A stretch of DNA of 64,000 nucleotides from Candidatus Woesearchaeota archaeon (GTDB taxonomy: Archaea > Nanobdellota > Nanobdellia > SCGC-AAA011-G17 > UBA489), in contig JABIKK010000008.1 of assembly GCA_018655015.1 (NCBI GenBank), positions 8,791-72,790 on the forward strand, given 5' to 3'. Below, one piece after another: positions 39,501 to 48,071 of this stretch (position 1 is its first letter; the number at the start of each line of letters is the position of its first letter). Both the position numbers and the translations under genes were made by a program. The notes under the pieces are model-generated. The model did no database searches. It worked only from the letters and a program-made list of their open reading frames with translations, and had not been told where the DNA came from.

Positions 39501-42500
39501 GGGTTGTAATAAAAGGGAATCATGAAAGAAATGAGATGATTCTTGGTACTCAAGATATTGTTGAGGATATAAATATACAAATATATAATGGTACGGCTTG
39601 GAATAATTTAACAGAAGTTACAACTACGGCAGAAATTGAAAATCAAAGGCAATTTGATATTGCTTATGAAGATATATCTGGTGATGCTTTAATTGTTTAT
39701 GAGAATAGTAATGGGCACACTAATACAGATGTAGCCTATAGGATTTGGAATGGTACTGGAATTTCTCCCGAAACTGTTTTTACAGAAGCATCTAACAATG
39801 GAGAGATTCTTTGGGTTAAGTTATTTTCAGAACCGGGAACGGATAATATAATGTTACTAACCCAGAATGATGCCCCTTCAAGCTTTGATCTTTATGCTGT
39901 AGTGTGGAATGGTACTGGTTTTGATACTGATACTGAAGAGATTTTGAATGGGACTGTGGCTGATACAACTCAGCATATGGATTTTAGGTGGGAATCTAAA
40001 ACTAGGGGGGAAGGTTTAGTCATGTATGGAGTGGGAACTAATATCATGTGGAGGACTTATTCTTCTGCTACTGGTTGGGGGAAAGAGAATCCGACTGATT
40101 TGGGTCAATCTGATCGTTCAACTAGATTGTGTTCTGATCCGACGTCCGACCATATAGGTCTTATTCTTTTTGATGGTGGGAATGATATTAATGTTAATGT
40201 CTTTGATGGAACTTCGATGCTTGGGGGGGCACCTAGTCAAGAGGGTTTTGCGGAGTCTCACGGCGTGTATAACTCCAATGTAGGCTGTGCATGGGTTAAT
40301 AGTTCTACAGCAGTTTTTGGATTCGTAGATAATGGATTATTAGCTATTGACTGGATTACTTTTTCAAAAACCGCCCTTTGGAGTACTGGTAATTTAGGAA
40401 CATCTACTTCGACTACAACTAATTTTGCAACTGACGATATTGAAGCTTTAAGGTTTGTAAAACATCCTACCACTGATGAGATAATGGTTGCAGCAATAGA
40501 TAATTTGGAAGATTTAACTACAATTAGATGGGAGGGAACTACACCTATTGTTCCAGGTCACTCTTTATTAGAATCAGCAACTCAAGTAGATCAAGGGCAT
40601 ACTGAAGACGCAAGATTCGATTGGTTTAGATATGATCCTACCCCGAACGTTACTAGTTTAAATCCGACTGGAGAAACCTTTACTGTTTCAACTGCAATCT
40701 CATTAAATGCTACTATTGCTGATAACTTAGTAGTGGATGATGTATTAGCAAATGTTACACATCCAAATGCTACTGTTGAACAGGTTGTACTTGCTGATGC
40801 TGATGCTGATGGGGTATATAATGTTTCATTTACTGGGGCTAGTAATACTGGAACTTATACTGTAAGAATAATTGCTAATGATACAAGTACACATAAAAAT
40901 ATTAATAGTACTGAGACTACAACATTTATAGCTGCGGATGCTCCTGGTGGTGGAGATATTCCTCCAACTGTAACATTAAATGGGCCTGCTAATGGTACGG
41001 TTTATACTGAAGTAGGAAAAATTGTTTTGAATGCGACGGTTGAAGATGCAGAGGATAGTACATTGTTTGTTAGAATTTATGGTAGTAATGGAACCACTTC
41101 TGCTGAATTAGATTCAAAGGATTTGCTTTACTACAATGAATCCGATGCTAATGCTTCTTTTGTAGATTATAATTGGACTGCGCCAGTTTTGGATGCTTCT
41201 GATGATTATCTGTTGTTAGTTCATTTAGATAATAATTCACTTGATTTTGGGGAAAGTTATGATAGCGTCTTTGATTTTGCACCTGCTGATGGGGTACAAA
41301 ATGGAACAATTCAATCTCTTGGTGCAATAAATATTTCTCGGGGAAAGTTTGGAGGGTCTTATTTTTCTACAGCAAGTGGGGCAGATGACACTAATCGTGT
41401 GGATTTTGGAGATCAAGATACATGGATTGATGAAGGGAATATATCCTATTTAATGTGGGTTAAACCCAGAAGTATAACTGCTACAAAGGGTATTTTGGAT
41501 AAAAGGTTAGTTGAGACATTTAATGCAGATGGATTTAGTATTAGACAAGTTGACAGAACTCTGAGAATACGGTTTGATCAGGAAACTTGGGATACAACTG
41601 ATGTTTTTAATGTAAAAACTTGGACACATATTGCCGTTGTTTTTAATGCTAGTAATGGGGCCTTTTTATATCTTGACGGGAGACTAAACGGTTCCTATGG
41701 ATTCGATAATATTACAGCAAATAATATTAATTTTGCGATAGGCAATGCAAGGTCTAATCTGGAGTATACTCATCCTTTTGCAGGATGGATTGATGAAGTT
41801 GCAATAATTAATAGGACTCTTGGGGCAGATGAGGTTCTTGATGCATACAGATTGAAATCTGGAAATCATACTTGGTACTATCAGGTTAATGATTCTGGCG
41901 GGAATAAAACGCTAAGTAATTCGCAATGGTTCTTGATAGATAGGAAACCTAATGTAACTTCATTGTCTTTTACTCCAACTGGACCGAATACAACTCTTGG
42001 ATTGAATTGTACTTTTACACCTTATGATGATTTGGATAGTACTTTGAATGCAACAATAAAATGGTATAATGGGAGTAATACATATTCAACTACTGTTGTT
42101 GAAGGAATGACTTCAGGCAGCGCCTATACTCATAATGTATCTGCTTATGTGCATAGGCATTACCAAGAATGGAATTGTAGTGTGTTGACTACTGATCGTC
42201 AAGGGAGTAATGCAAGTAAGATTAATTCGACTACAAGATCGGTTGTTAACTTTGAGCCCGGAGCACCTACATTGAATACACCTATAGAAACTACAACTTA
42301 CATTGATAGGGTTCCAACATTCAATTGGACGCCTCCTGATGAATTTGGTAAATTGCCAAACACTGGTGATGGTGGTTGTGGAGCTACGTTCTTCTGTGAT
42401 GGTAGGACTTCTGATCCAGATGAAGATCAGGTGACTTATTCATTAAATATAAGCTGTACTACTGGACCAAGTGTATGTGATGATAATCAGCAATTTACTG

Positions 42501-43147
42501 TAACAGAAAATATAACAAATTGTGATTCTAATGGTAATAGTTATTTAGACAATCAAGACAATTGTAATTTCACATTACCTAATGCATTAAGCTATTTCAT
42601 AGATGACGGAAAATATTATACTTGGACAGTCATAACTTCTGATCCAAATGTTACCGAGCCAGATACTCCTGTGGAATTAAACTATAATATTAGTGTTTAT
42701 GTTGCAATAGCTGTTTTGAATAAAAATGCTAACTTCGGAACAATGATTCCTGGTACTACAAATAGTACTTCTGGGTGTAGTCCCTCGGCGGAGTGTGAAC
42801 CACAACCAATTTGGTTACAGAATGCTGGTAACACAGACTTTGATGTGAATTTAACTGGGCCGAGTGATGCTTTGTTTACAGCAATATCTAATCCTCATGC
42901 GATTAGTTATTTTTCTGTGAATGTTAACAATGGTACTGAAGGACAATCATTTAATATGACTGACTCAATTGTTAGCTATACTGCTCTGCCTGCTGTGGGG
43001 ACAGATATATTATTTGTTAATGACTTTGGATGGAATGATAGTGCTGATGAAATTACGATTGATGTTAATGTTTCTGTTCCGGCAAATGAAACTGAAGGAA
43101 CAAAGGGGACTTCGTTAGCATTTACAGGGTGGTATTACATTGCTTAA
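36566..43147 (+). CDS. giant (2193 aa) membrane-anchored surface protein with LamG/concanavalin-A-like domain, many N-glycosylation sequons, and a basic N-terminal cytoplasmic segment
   Basis: N-terminal 90 aa K/R-rich, then TM FLSIVLIMMLVSFMHFGGIIG, then a large extracellular region. The LamG-like segment is WIDEGNISYLMWVKP...WTHIAVVFNASNGAFLYLDGRLNGS...FAGWIDEVAIINRTL. Confidence 0.8.
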   Translation: MYKKYITKKGKKVGPYYYDSIRLKNGRVKSVYLGSDEKKARQKLKVLKKESSKAVHKRSSATLKKSLNPRSNAKLIGDHNVHVRDRVFLSIVLIMMLVSFMHFGGIIGGDSSESINGGFVNEFRTFSDMAREGFSESNKITGEVIFSNRNEITGESIFSKSVDPEEHSHDVSFLVSESSEYRLNFENVEKLLSLKVSGRIAYFEGGIAKVFLSDVDSGDTYLVYDSELSKDENILDAVGITGSVVLEEKLEKSKSYKDIVSSLTGFNVVDSKGKFVNYGLSNGSNGTAIIDLRNKDVFEIEYPKKEGWIAYEEYSSRGLIEPTNISFERVFGFDFSGLNISRFNETNTSFSTSPEGSYLYGCSFWDFEFGICLSDWVFFFDLNKTNNYTVSLTTEVMAFAEGILDLDDEEEKKLEEVVEEVEENKTDFLIDILDVLNITSYGIDSFDSICEGTCKMKNVWGNNFLLKVYVKDSILDLDLIETESEVLEGGVYSLSIIDGIGSILLGGGDGSELVGGVDDQVGGITEFFDNGNFTEEVVQFGAVIDQPVKWKKKIILDSAKKDVEFEIPDTAENITLKKIVSGKILNVISAGLDEGNGTIINLTEGNSGFSDNLLNSMTGNAITGMAVAETPLLENISSKVLSVNVSNNTDTIFVDDLVNTVEVEYETPGPRLEVQNKTNGFRVVLKSDIEYVNIFTFLDIPETPMNKVRLYQVTVDNVTGREYRIKHNYTLYGSNNTGLANYIEWMIPTSGDDTFDIQTEINATAAIHLDENYVYISDIFDEVQFEDVIWSETIYRDDYVRVTFEKNLTNGRLIDVIARSNGSLSYFEIYEANTTNLVGKSSVVDYPEVQYIEVSGLSKPTDVFDFKFMNLVSDPEDYKACVKLGYWVCDRNPESSENCHAEVEEDCNSPVYDLNRTSTMEFDFIHDDVINSTQAEGMIVYIQSESATPRYRFWNESDDFEAEQSALATGSDGTDDIAWVVIKGNHERNEMILGTQDIVEDINIQIYNGTAWNNLTEVTTTAEIENQRQFDIAYEDISGDALIVYENSNGHTNTDVAYRIWNGTGISPETVFTEASNNGEILWVKLFSEPGTDNIMLLTQNDAPSSFDLYAVVWNGTGFDTDTEEILNGTVADTTQHMDFRWESKTRGEGLVMYGVGTNIMWRTYSSATGWGKENPTDLGQSDRSTRLCSDPTSDHIGLILFDGGNDINVNVFDGTSMLGGAPSQEGFAESHGVYNSNVGCAWVNSSTAVFGFVDNGLLAIDWITFSKTALWSTGNLGTSTSTTTNFATDDIEALRFVKHPTTDEIMVAAIDNLEDLTTIRWEGTTPIVPGHSLLESATQVDQGHTEDARFDWFRYDPTPNVTSLNPTGETFTVSTAISLNATIADNLVVDDVLANVTHPNATVEQVVLADADADGVYNVSFTGASNTGTYTVRIIANDTSTHKNINSTETTTFIAADAPGGGDIPPTVTLNGPANGTVYTEVGKIVLNATVEDAEDSTLFVRIYGSNGTTSAELDSKDLLYYNESDANASFVDYNWTAPVLDASDDYLLLVHLDNNSLDFGESYDSVFDFAPADGVQNGTIQSLGAINISRGKFGGSYFSTASGADDTNRVDFGDQDTWIDEGNISYLMWVKPRSITATKGILDKRLVETFNADGFSIRQVDRTLRIRFDQETWDTTDVFNVKTWTHIAVVFNASNGAFLYLDGRLNGSYGFDNITANNINFAIGNARSNLEYTHPFAGWIDEVAIINRTLGADEVLDAYRLKSGNHTWYYQVNDSGGNKTLSNSQWFLIDRKPNVTSLSFTPTGPNTTLGLNCTFTPYDDLDSTLNATIKWYNGSNTYSTTVVEGMTSGSAYTHNVSAYVHRHYQEWNCSVLTTDRQGSNASKINSTTRSVVNFEPGAPTLNTPIETTTYIDRVPTFNWTPPDEFGKLPNTGDGGCGATFFCDGRTSDPDEDQVTYSLNISCTTGPSVCDDNQQFTVTENITNCDSNGNSYLDNQDNCNFTLPNALSYFIDDGKYYTWTVITSDPNVTEPDTPVELNYNISVYVAIAVLNKNANFGTMIPGTTNSTSGCSPSAECEPQPIWLQNAGNTDFDVNLTGPSDALFTAISNPHAISYFSVNVNNGTEGQSFNMTDSIVSYTALPAVGTDILFVNDFGWNDSADEITIDVNVSVPANETEGTKGTSLAFTGWYYIA

Positions 43148-44342
43148 GAGGAATATAAAGCTTAAATTAGGAACATTAGGATTAATTTTGATAGTGATGC
43201 TTTCTGTGCCATTAGTTAGTGCTTTTGGTGTAACTCCTGCTAGGAATAATCTGGATTTTGAGGAAGGTTTGAGTTATTCTGGAACTTTTAGAATTATTAA
43301 TGGGGAAATGCAACCATTGATTATTTCAATTAGTAAACAGGGGAAGTTGGCAGATTATGTCTCTGTTGCTGACAATTTTATTTTTAAAGAGGGGGAGAAG
43401 GAGAAGACAGTACCCTATAAATTAAATCTCCCAAGAAATTTGCCAGTAGGAGTTTTGGAACAAGGAACAAATGCCATTAATTTCTTTATATCTTCTGAGA
43501 GTGAATTAGTGGATGTTGGGGGAGATAAAATAAGCGCGGAAATTAGAGTAGTTACTTCATTGATTATAAGGGTTCCATATGATGAGAAATATGCCGAGTC
43601 TGAATTATTTGTTTTAGAAGGTGATGCTGGTGGGAGGACGTTATTTATCATGCCTGTACAGAACTTTGGCAATGATGAATTGAAAAGTGTTAGTGCTAAA
43701 GTTAGAGTTCATGATTCTGATGGGGGTCTTGTAGAAGAAGTTACATCTGAAAGAGTTATGATTCCTATTGGGGAAGTGAAAGAACTAAGAACTGTTTGGA
43801 ATGCATTAAGTGGTCCTGGAATTTATTCTGCAGAAGTTGTTATTAATTATGATGGTGGTAAAATTGAAATTGATAGAGAATTTACTATTGAGGGTAAGAG
43901 GTTGAATCTTGAAGGAGTTAATGTTGGGGAATTTATTAAAGGGGATGCTGTAAGGTTTGATGTTCTAATTGAAAATGTTTGGGATGAGGATTTAGATAAT
44001 GTATGGGCTAGAATGGAAGTTTACGACTTAGAAGATAATGTTGTATCTACATTTACTACTCAGTTTAAGGATATTGAGTCTGGAGAGAAAAATATTTTAA
44101 CGGGATATTTAGAAACTGAGGGTTTTGAAGAAGGACAATATATTACTAAAATATTGGTTTATTATGGGGATAAGGCTATAGAAAAAAGAGTTAATACTTT
44201 TGTTAGTGCGGAAGGAATTACAACTGATTTGACTTACGAAGAAAGTTTTAGTTTAAATTATACTTTGATAATTGTCGGTGGTTTGGCCTTGCTTGTGTTG
44301 ATTAACATTATTTGGTTTATTTTCTTTAAAAAGAGGGATTAA
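43140..44342 (+). CDS. surface protein: signal peptide, three beta-sandwich domains, C-terminal TM anchor. Paralog of the 45361 gene
   Basis: SP ...VPLVSAFG, CARDB-like ELRTVWNALSGPGIYSAEVVINYDG, C-terminal LIIVGGLALLVLINIIWFIFFKKRD. Start overlaps the giant gene's stop. Confidence 0.65.
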   Translation: MLKRNIKLKLGTLGLILIVMLSVPLVSAFGVTPARNNLDFEEGLSYSGTFRIINGEMQPLIISISKQGKLADYVSVADNFIFKEGEKEKTVPYKLNLPRNLPVGVLEQGTNAINFFISSESELVDVGGDKISAEIRVVTSLIIRVPYDEKYAESELFVLEGDAGGRTLFIMPVQNFGNDELKSVSAKVRVHDSDGGLVEEVTSERVMIPIGEVKELRTVWNALSGPGIYSAEVVINYDGGKIEIDREFTIEGKRLNLEGVNVGEFIKGDAVRFDVLIENVWDEDLDNVWARMEVYDLEDNVVSTFTTQFKDIESGEKNILTGYLETEGFEEGQYITKILVYYGDKAIEKRVNTFVSAEGITTDLTYEESFSLNYTLIIVGGLALLVLINIIWFIFFKKRD

Positions 44343-44411
44343 GAAAAGTATATACCTCTTAATCTAAAAATCAAAATATTTATATACTACTGTATTGTTA
44401 TTTCCATTGTT

Positions 44412-44636
44412 ATGGGTAGGGCTAAAAAGAAAGAGGTTAATCGAGAATTCGTTTTCGCTCTTATGATCGTTGTTATTTTTGTAGCATTATTACTTACTTG
44501 GTCTTTTATTAGTTCTGTTGAAGAGAACAGTGAAGGTGGATCAATTAATCAAGATTATTATGAAGAAGGGCTAGGAAAGGTTTCTTTGGAAATAGTTTCT
44601 TCTCCCGAAGGTACTGAAGATGGTGGTGGAGAATAA
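44412..44636 (+). CDS. small membrane-anchored acidic protein
   Basis: Basic N-terminus, one TM, acidic C-terminus. Stop overlaps the next start. Confidence 0.35.
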   Translation: MGRAKKKEVNREFVFALMIVVIFVALLLTWSFISSVEENSEGGSINQDYYEEGLGKVSLEIVSSPEGTEDGGGE

Positions 44637-45322
44637 TGGAAGTTACTGATAGAACTTTAACTGTTACAGGTGTTGTTACTTTATTAGTTGTACTAGGTTG
44701 TGTTGGAGTTGTTTTGACAACTGTTGGTGGTTTAGGTGGTTTGTCAGGATTTTCTGTATTAAACACTACTTACGGCCATGTTAATATTTCTGTATCTACA
44801 ACTGTTGATGTGGGCATGGAGGTAAATAATATTGATTTTGGATCTGGTTATGTTAACGCAGCTGGAAACACATTAGTTAACTCAACTACAATTCCATCAT
44901 CAACAACTAATCCAAATGGGTTTAGTTCTCCTACAAGTTTCTGGTTGAGAAATGAAGGAAATGTTTATATTAATTTAACCATTAATGGAAGTACTGCGAA
45001 TGATTTATTCGCTGGTGCTAGTGCATCTTACCAATATAGATTAGAGAACACTAGTTTAACCGAGTCAAGAAATACTACTTGTTTCGATTATGCTGGAACA
45101 TGTACTAATATCAATTGTTATACAGCATATGCCGGAATACTTCAAGATATGGCTAACACTGATAAGAGTGTTTGTCCAAACATGTCCTACTTTAATGTTA
45201 CTGAAGTTGCTGATGGTTGGACTGATGAGTTTAATGTATCTATTAGCTTTGTACTGAATACTTTAACGAATGGTACTGTATCTGATACAATTTGGTTTAC
45301 TGCTAGATCTCTTGGAAGTTAA
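44636..45322 (+). CDS. N-terminally TM-anchored Ser/Thr/Asn-rich beta-domain protein, heavily sequon-laden
   Basis: TM VVTLLVVLGCVGVVL. More than 12 N-x-S/T sequons. Distant similarity to the 46550 protein (I[ND]FG[ST]..G...N.ST). Confidence 0.55.
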   Translation: MEVTDRTLTVTGVVTLLVVLGCVGVVLTTVGGLGGLSGFSVLNTTYGHVNISVSTTVDVGMEVNNIDFGSGYVNAAGNTLVNSTTIPSSTTNPNGFSSPTSFWLRNEGNVYINLTINGSTANDLFAGASASYQYRLENTSLTESRNTTCFDYAGTCTNINCYTAYAGILQDMANTDKSVCPNMSYFNVTEVADGWTDEFNVSISFVLNTLTNGTVSDTIWFTARSLGS

Positions 45323-45360
45323 TTAGTTAGCCTTATAAATTATAGGAGATAGTTAGATTT

Positions 45361-46548
45361 ATGTCAAGGGGTGCTTTTTTACTGGCGTTATTACTTTTAA
45401 CTCCTTTAACTGTAAGTGGTCTTGGTATATCTCCTGCAGATGTTTATATTGATTTTAAACCCTATGAGGAAGGAGAATTTGAAGTTAGGGTTATTAATAA
45501 CGACCTAGAACCGGTTAATGCATCTTTAAATGTGCAAGGAGAGTTAGAAGAATATTTTAAAATAGTTGATAATGTTAAAGAGATACCTGCTGAAGGTTCA
45601 TTACCTTTTTTGATTTCTTATGTTCTTCCTAAAAGCATTAATACACCTGGACAAAACAAACTTGATCTGATGGTTACAGATCTTAGTGAAATAACTGGTG
45701 GCGTTTCTGCTATTTTGAATGTAGCTGCAAGGATAGTAATAGATGTTCCTTATCCTGACAAATTTGCTCAGCATAGTTTTAGTGTTGTTAGTGTAAATGA
45801 GGGGGAGATGATTAATTTTGAGTTTAATATTCAAAGTGCTGGGGAGAAAAATATTTTTGGATTGAGGCCGTTTGTGAAGGTGCTAGATTCAGATAATAAA
45901 ACAGTTCTGTATGAACTTGAGGGAAAAATGAGTACATATACTACTGGTGAAAGAAAAAATGTAGTTCTTCAACTAAACAGTAGTGAGATTGGAAAGGGAA
46001 CCTTTACAGCAGAAACTTATATAGATTATGATGGTATTGAAAGTCCTCATAAAAACTTTATATTTTCAGTGGGCTATAAGGATGTAGATGTGATAGATTA
46101 TACTCCCTTTTTAACTCCCGGAGGTATAAAGAAGATTGTTTTCACTTTAGAAAATAAATGGAACTCAGATATTGATGAGTTGCATATAGAGTCATATTTG
46201 CAAAAAGATGGGGTACCTTTTACTGAAAGATCTGTGTCGAATATTGCTAACTTAAAGGCGCTAGATAGGGTAGAAATACCTGTTTTTATTGATATCTCAA
46301 ATTTAAACACTGGAAAATATGATTTGATTGCTGAGTTGCATTACAATGATGTAAATGAGATTGAAATTATGGACTTTAAAATTACGGAGGGAGGGTTCAA
46401 AATTAATAAAGGAATAATTTTTGGATTCTTACTTTTACTAATTGTTTTGGCAAATATAATCTGGTTGAGACATTATGGTAGGCCTCAAGATAAAAATGAT
46501 GGTTCAGAGGATAAGTTAAAAAATCTTCAAGGATATTTAGGTAAGTAA
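45361..46548 (+). CDS. surface protein paralog of the 43140 gene (signal peptide, beta-sandwich domains, C-terminal TM anchor)
   Basis: SP ...LTVSGLGISPA. RIVIDVPYPDKFAQ corresponds to the paralog's IRVPYDEKYAE. C-terminal GFLLLLIVLANIIWL. Confidence 0.65.
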   Translation: MSRGAFLLALLLLTPLTVSGLGISPADVYIDFKPYEEGEFEVRVINNDLEPVNASLNVQGELEEYFKIVDNVKEIPAEGSLPFLISYVLPKSINTPGQNKLDLMVTDLSEITGGVSAILNVAARIVIDVPYPDKFAQHSFSVVSVNEGEMINFEFNIQSAGEKNIFGLRPFVKVLDSDNKTVLYELEGKMSTYTTGERKNVVLQLNSSEIGKGTFTAETYIDYDGIESPHKNFIFSVGYKDVDVIDYTPFLTPGGIKKIVFTLENKWNSDIDELHIESYLQKDGVPFTERSVSNIANLKALDRVEIPVFIDISNLNTGKYDLIAELHYNDVNEIEIMDFKITEGGFKINKGIIFGFLLLLIVLANIIWLRHYGRPQDKNDGSEDKLKNLQGYLGK

Positions 46549-46549
46549 A

Positions 46550-46963
46550 ATGTTAAGTAAATTTAGTTTTAGGAAATGGTTGATTCTCTTAATTGTAGGT
46601 TTAATTATAGTTATTTTAGCTTCGTTTATTTATAATAAAAGCAATATTATTGGATATGAGGAATATCCCGTTACTTACTCTGTTGGTGGGGGCTATATTG
46701 GTATAAATCTTAGTCCTGGAGAAATTAACTTTGGCACTACACCTACAGGTTATATGTTTAGTAGATCTATAAATATTTCTACAGATTTAGATTCCGAAGT
46801 TTTGGTTTACTCGCAAGGGATAGACTATCTTACCATTACAGAGGAAGATTTTTACTTGCCTGCAGGAGAGTCTCGTGAGGTTGGTCTTTTATTACAAGTT
46901 CCGGAAGGGCATCCTGAAGGTATTTACAAAGGGAAGCTTATTGTAGTGATTAAGAAGGCATAG
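46550..46963 (+). CDS. small N-terminally anchored beta-domain protein
   Basis: TM WLILLIVGLIIVILASFIY, then EINFGTTPTGYMFSRSINISTD, similar to the 44636 protein. Confidence 0.5.
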   Translation: MLSKFSFRKWLILLIVGLIIVILASFIYNKSNIIGYEEYPVTYSVGGGYIGINLSPGEINFGTTPTGYMFSRSINISTDLDSEVLVYSQGIDYLTITEEDFYLPAGESREVGLLLQVPEGHPEGIYKGKLIVVIKKA

Positions 46964-46997
46964 TAAAGTATTTAATTGGAATATTTCTCTCAATACT

Positions 46998-48071
46998 ATG
47001 GGTGGTAGTACAAAGAGGGTGAAGGGTCTAACTAGGGTAGAATTTCTCCACCAAACTAACATGATTTCCGTTCTTTTGTTAGTGTTTATTGTTGTTGTTT
47101 TAATTACGTCTTCAAAAATTTTAGAAAGGATGGGTGAAGATGAGATAGAAAGAGCTTATATGACTGGAAGGGCATCTACTGAACAGGTGCAGGGAAATGT
47201 TTCTTTAAATATTATTGATGAGCCTACTACTAATGCAACTATCACTACAACAGCTGTAGCTGCGGCAACCACAATAGGAGATGTACTAACTTCTGGTGGG
47301 AAATTAGGATTTATCCCTGGAAGACTTGAATTGGATATGTTCTATAAGGGGATTGTTGAAAGGGATTTAATTATAAAAAATAATGCTAATTATGAATTGG
47401 ATCTGAGTTTTGGAACTAGTTTGAAGGACTACGTTGTAGTTGAATCTTCAAATATTATTATTGGAAAAGGTGAATCTGGGACCGTTACAGTTAGATTCAA
47501 TGGAAAGGACTTAGGAGTTATTACAGGTTACTTATCTGCTACTGGCAGCGGATTAAAAGGTTATATTCCCATTGTTTTAAATGTTGGATCCGCTCGCGCT
47601 ACGGGTCTTTTGAAAGTTACTATCCCCTCTGAGTTTAAGGAAGTTAATAGTGGCGATGATATCTTAGTTTCCGTGGAACTTGATGGATTTAATGGGGATG
47701 TTGTTGAGATAGTTTACATAATCAAAGATTCAGAGAATAATGAATTAATTAGGACTACACAGTCAATGACTATTGGAGACTCAGCTAGATTTGATAAGAC
47801 TTTAACTATGCCTAATGTAAGGGATGGATTATACATTGTGGGCGTGGAAGTAAGGTATGCAGGAATGACTTTGGTTGATTCTGAAATTTTAACTGTAGGG
47901 CATTATGAGCCATTCTCTGAGAAACCTTCTATTGTTGGGGGACTTGGATTAAATCCTGTTACGTTTAAGATAATACTCTTGTTAGTTATGATTATGATAA
48001 TAGTGCTATTCGCAACATACTCTCGTGAAGTGGGTAGGATTGGAGAGATTGAAAGAAGAAAGAAATTATAA
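46998..48071 (+). CDS. surface protein with an N-terminal signal anchor, beta-rich domains and a C-terminal TM anchor
   Basis: N-terminal TM VLLLVFIVVVLITSS. C-terminal FKIILLLVMIMIIVLFATY plus basic tail. Confidence 0.55.
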   Translation: MGGSTKRVKGLTRVEFLHQTNMISVLLLVFIVVVLITSSKILERMGEDEIERAYMTGRASTEQVQGNVSLNIIDEPTTNATITTTAVAAATTIGDVLTSGGKLGFIPGRLELDMFYKGIVERDLIIKNNANYELDLSFGTSLKDYVVVESSNIIIGKGESGTVTVRFNGKDLGVITGYLSATGSGLKGYIPIVLNVGSARATGLLKVTIPSEFKEVNSGDDILVSVELDGFNGDVVEIVYIIKDSENNELIRTTQSMTIGDSARFDKTLTMPNVRDGLYIVGVEVRYAGMTLVDSEILTVGHYEPFSEKPSIVGGLGLNPVTFKIILLLVMIMIIVLFATYSREVGRIGEIERRKKL

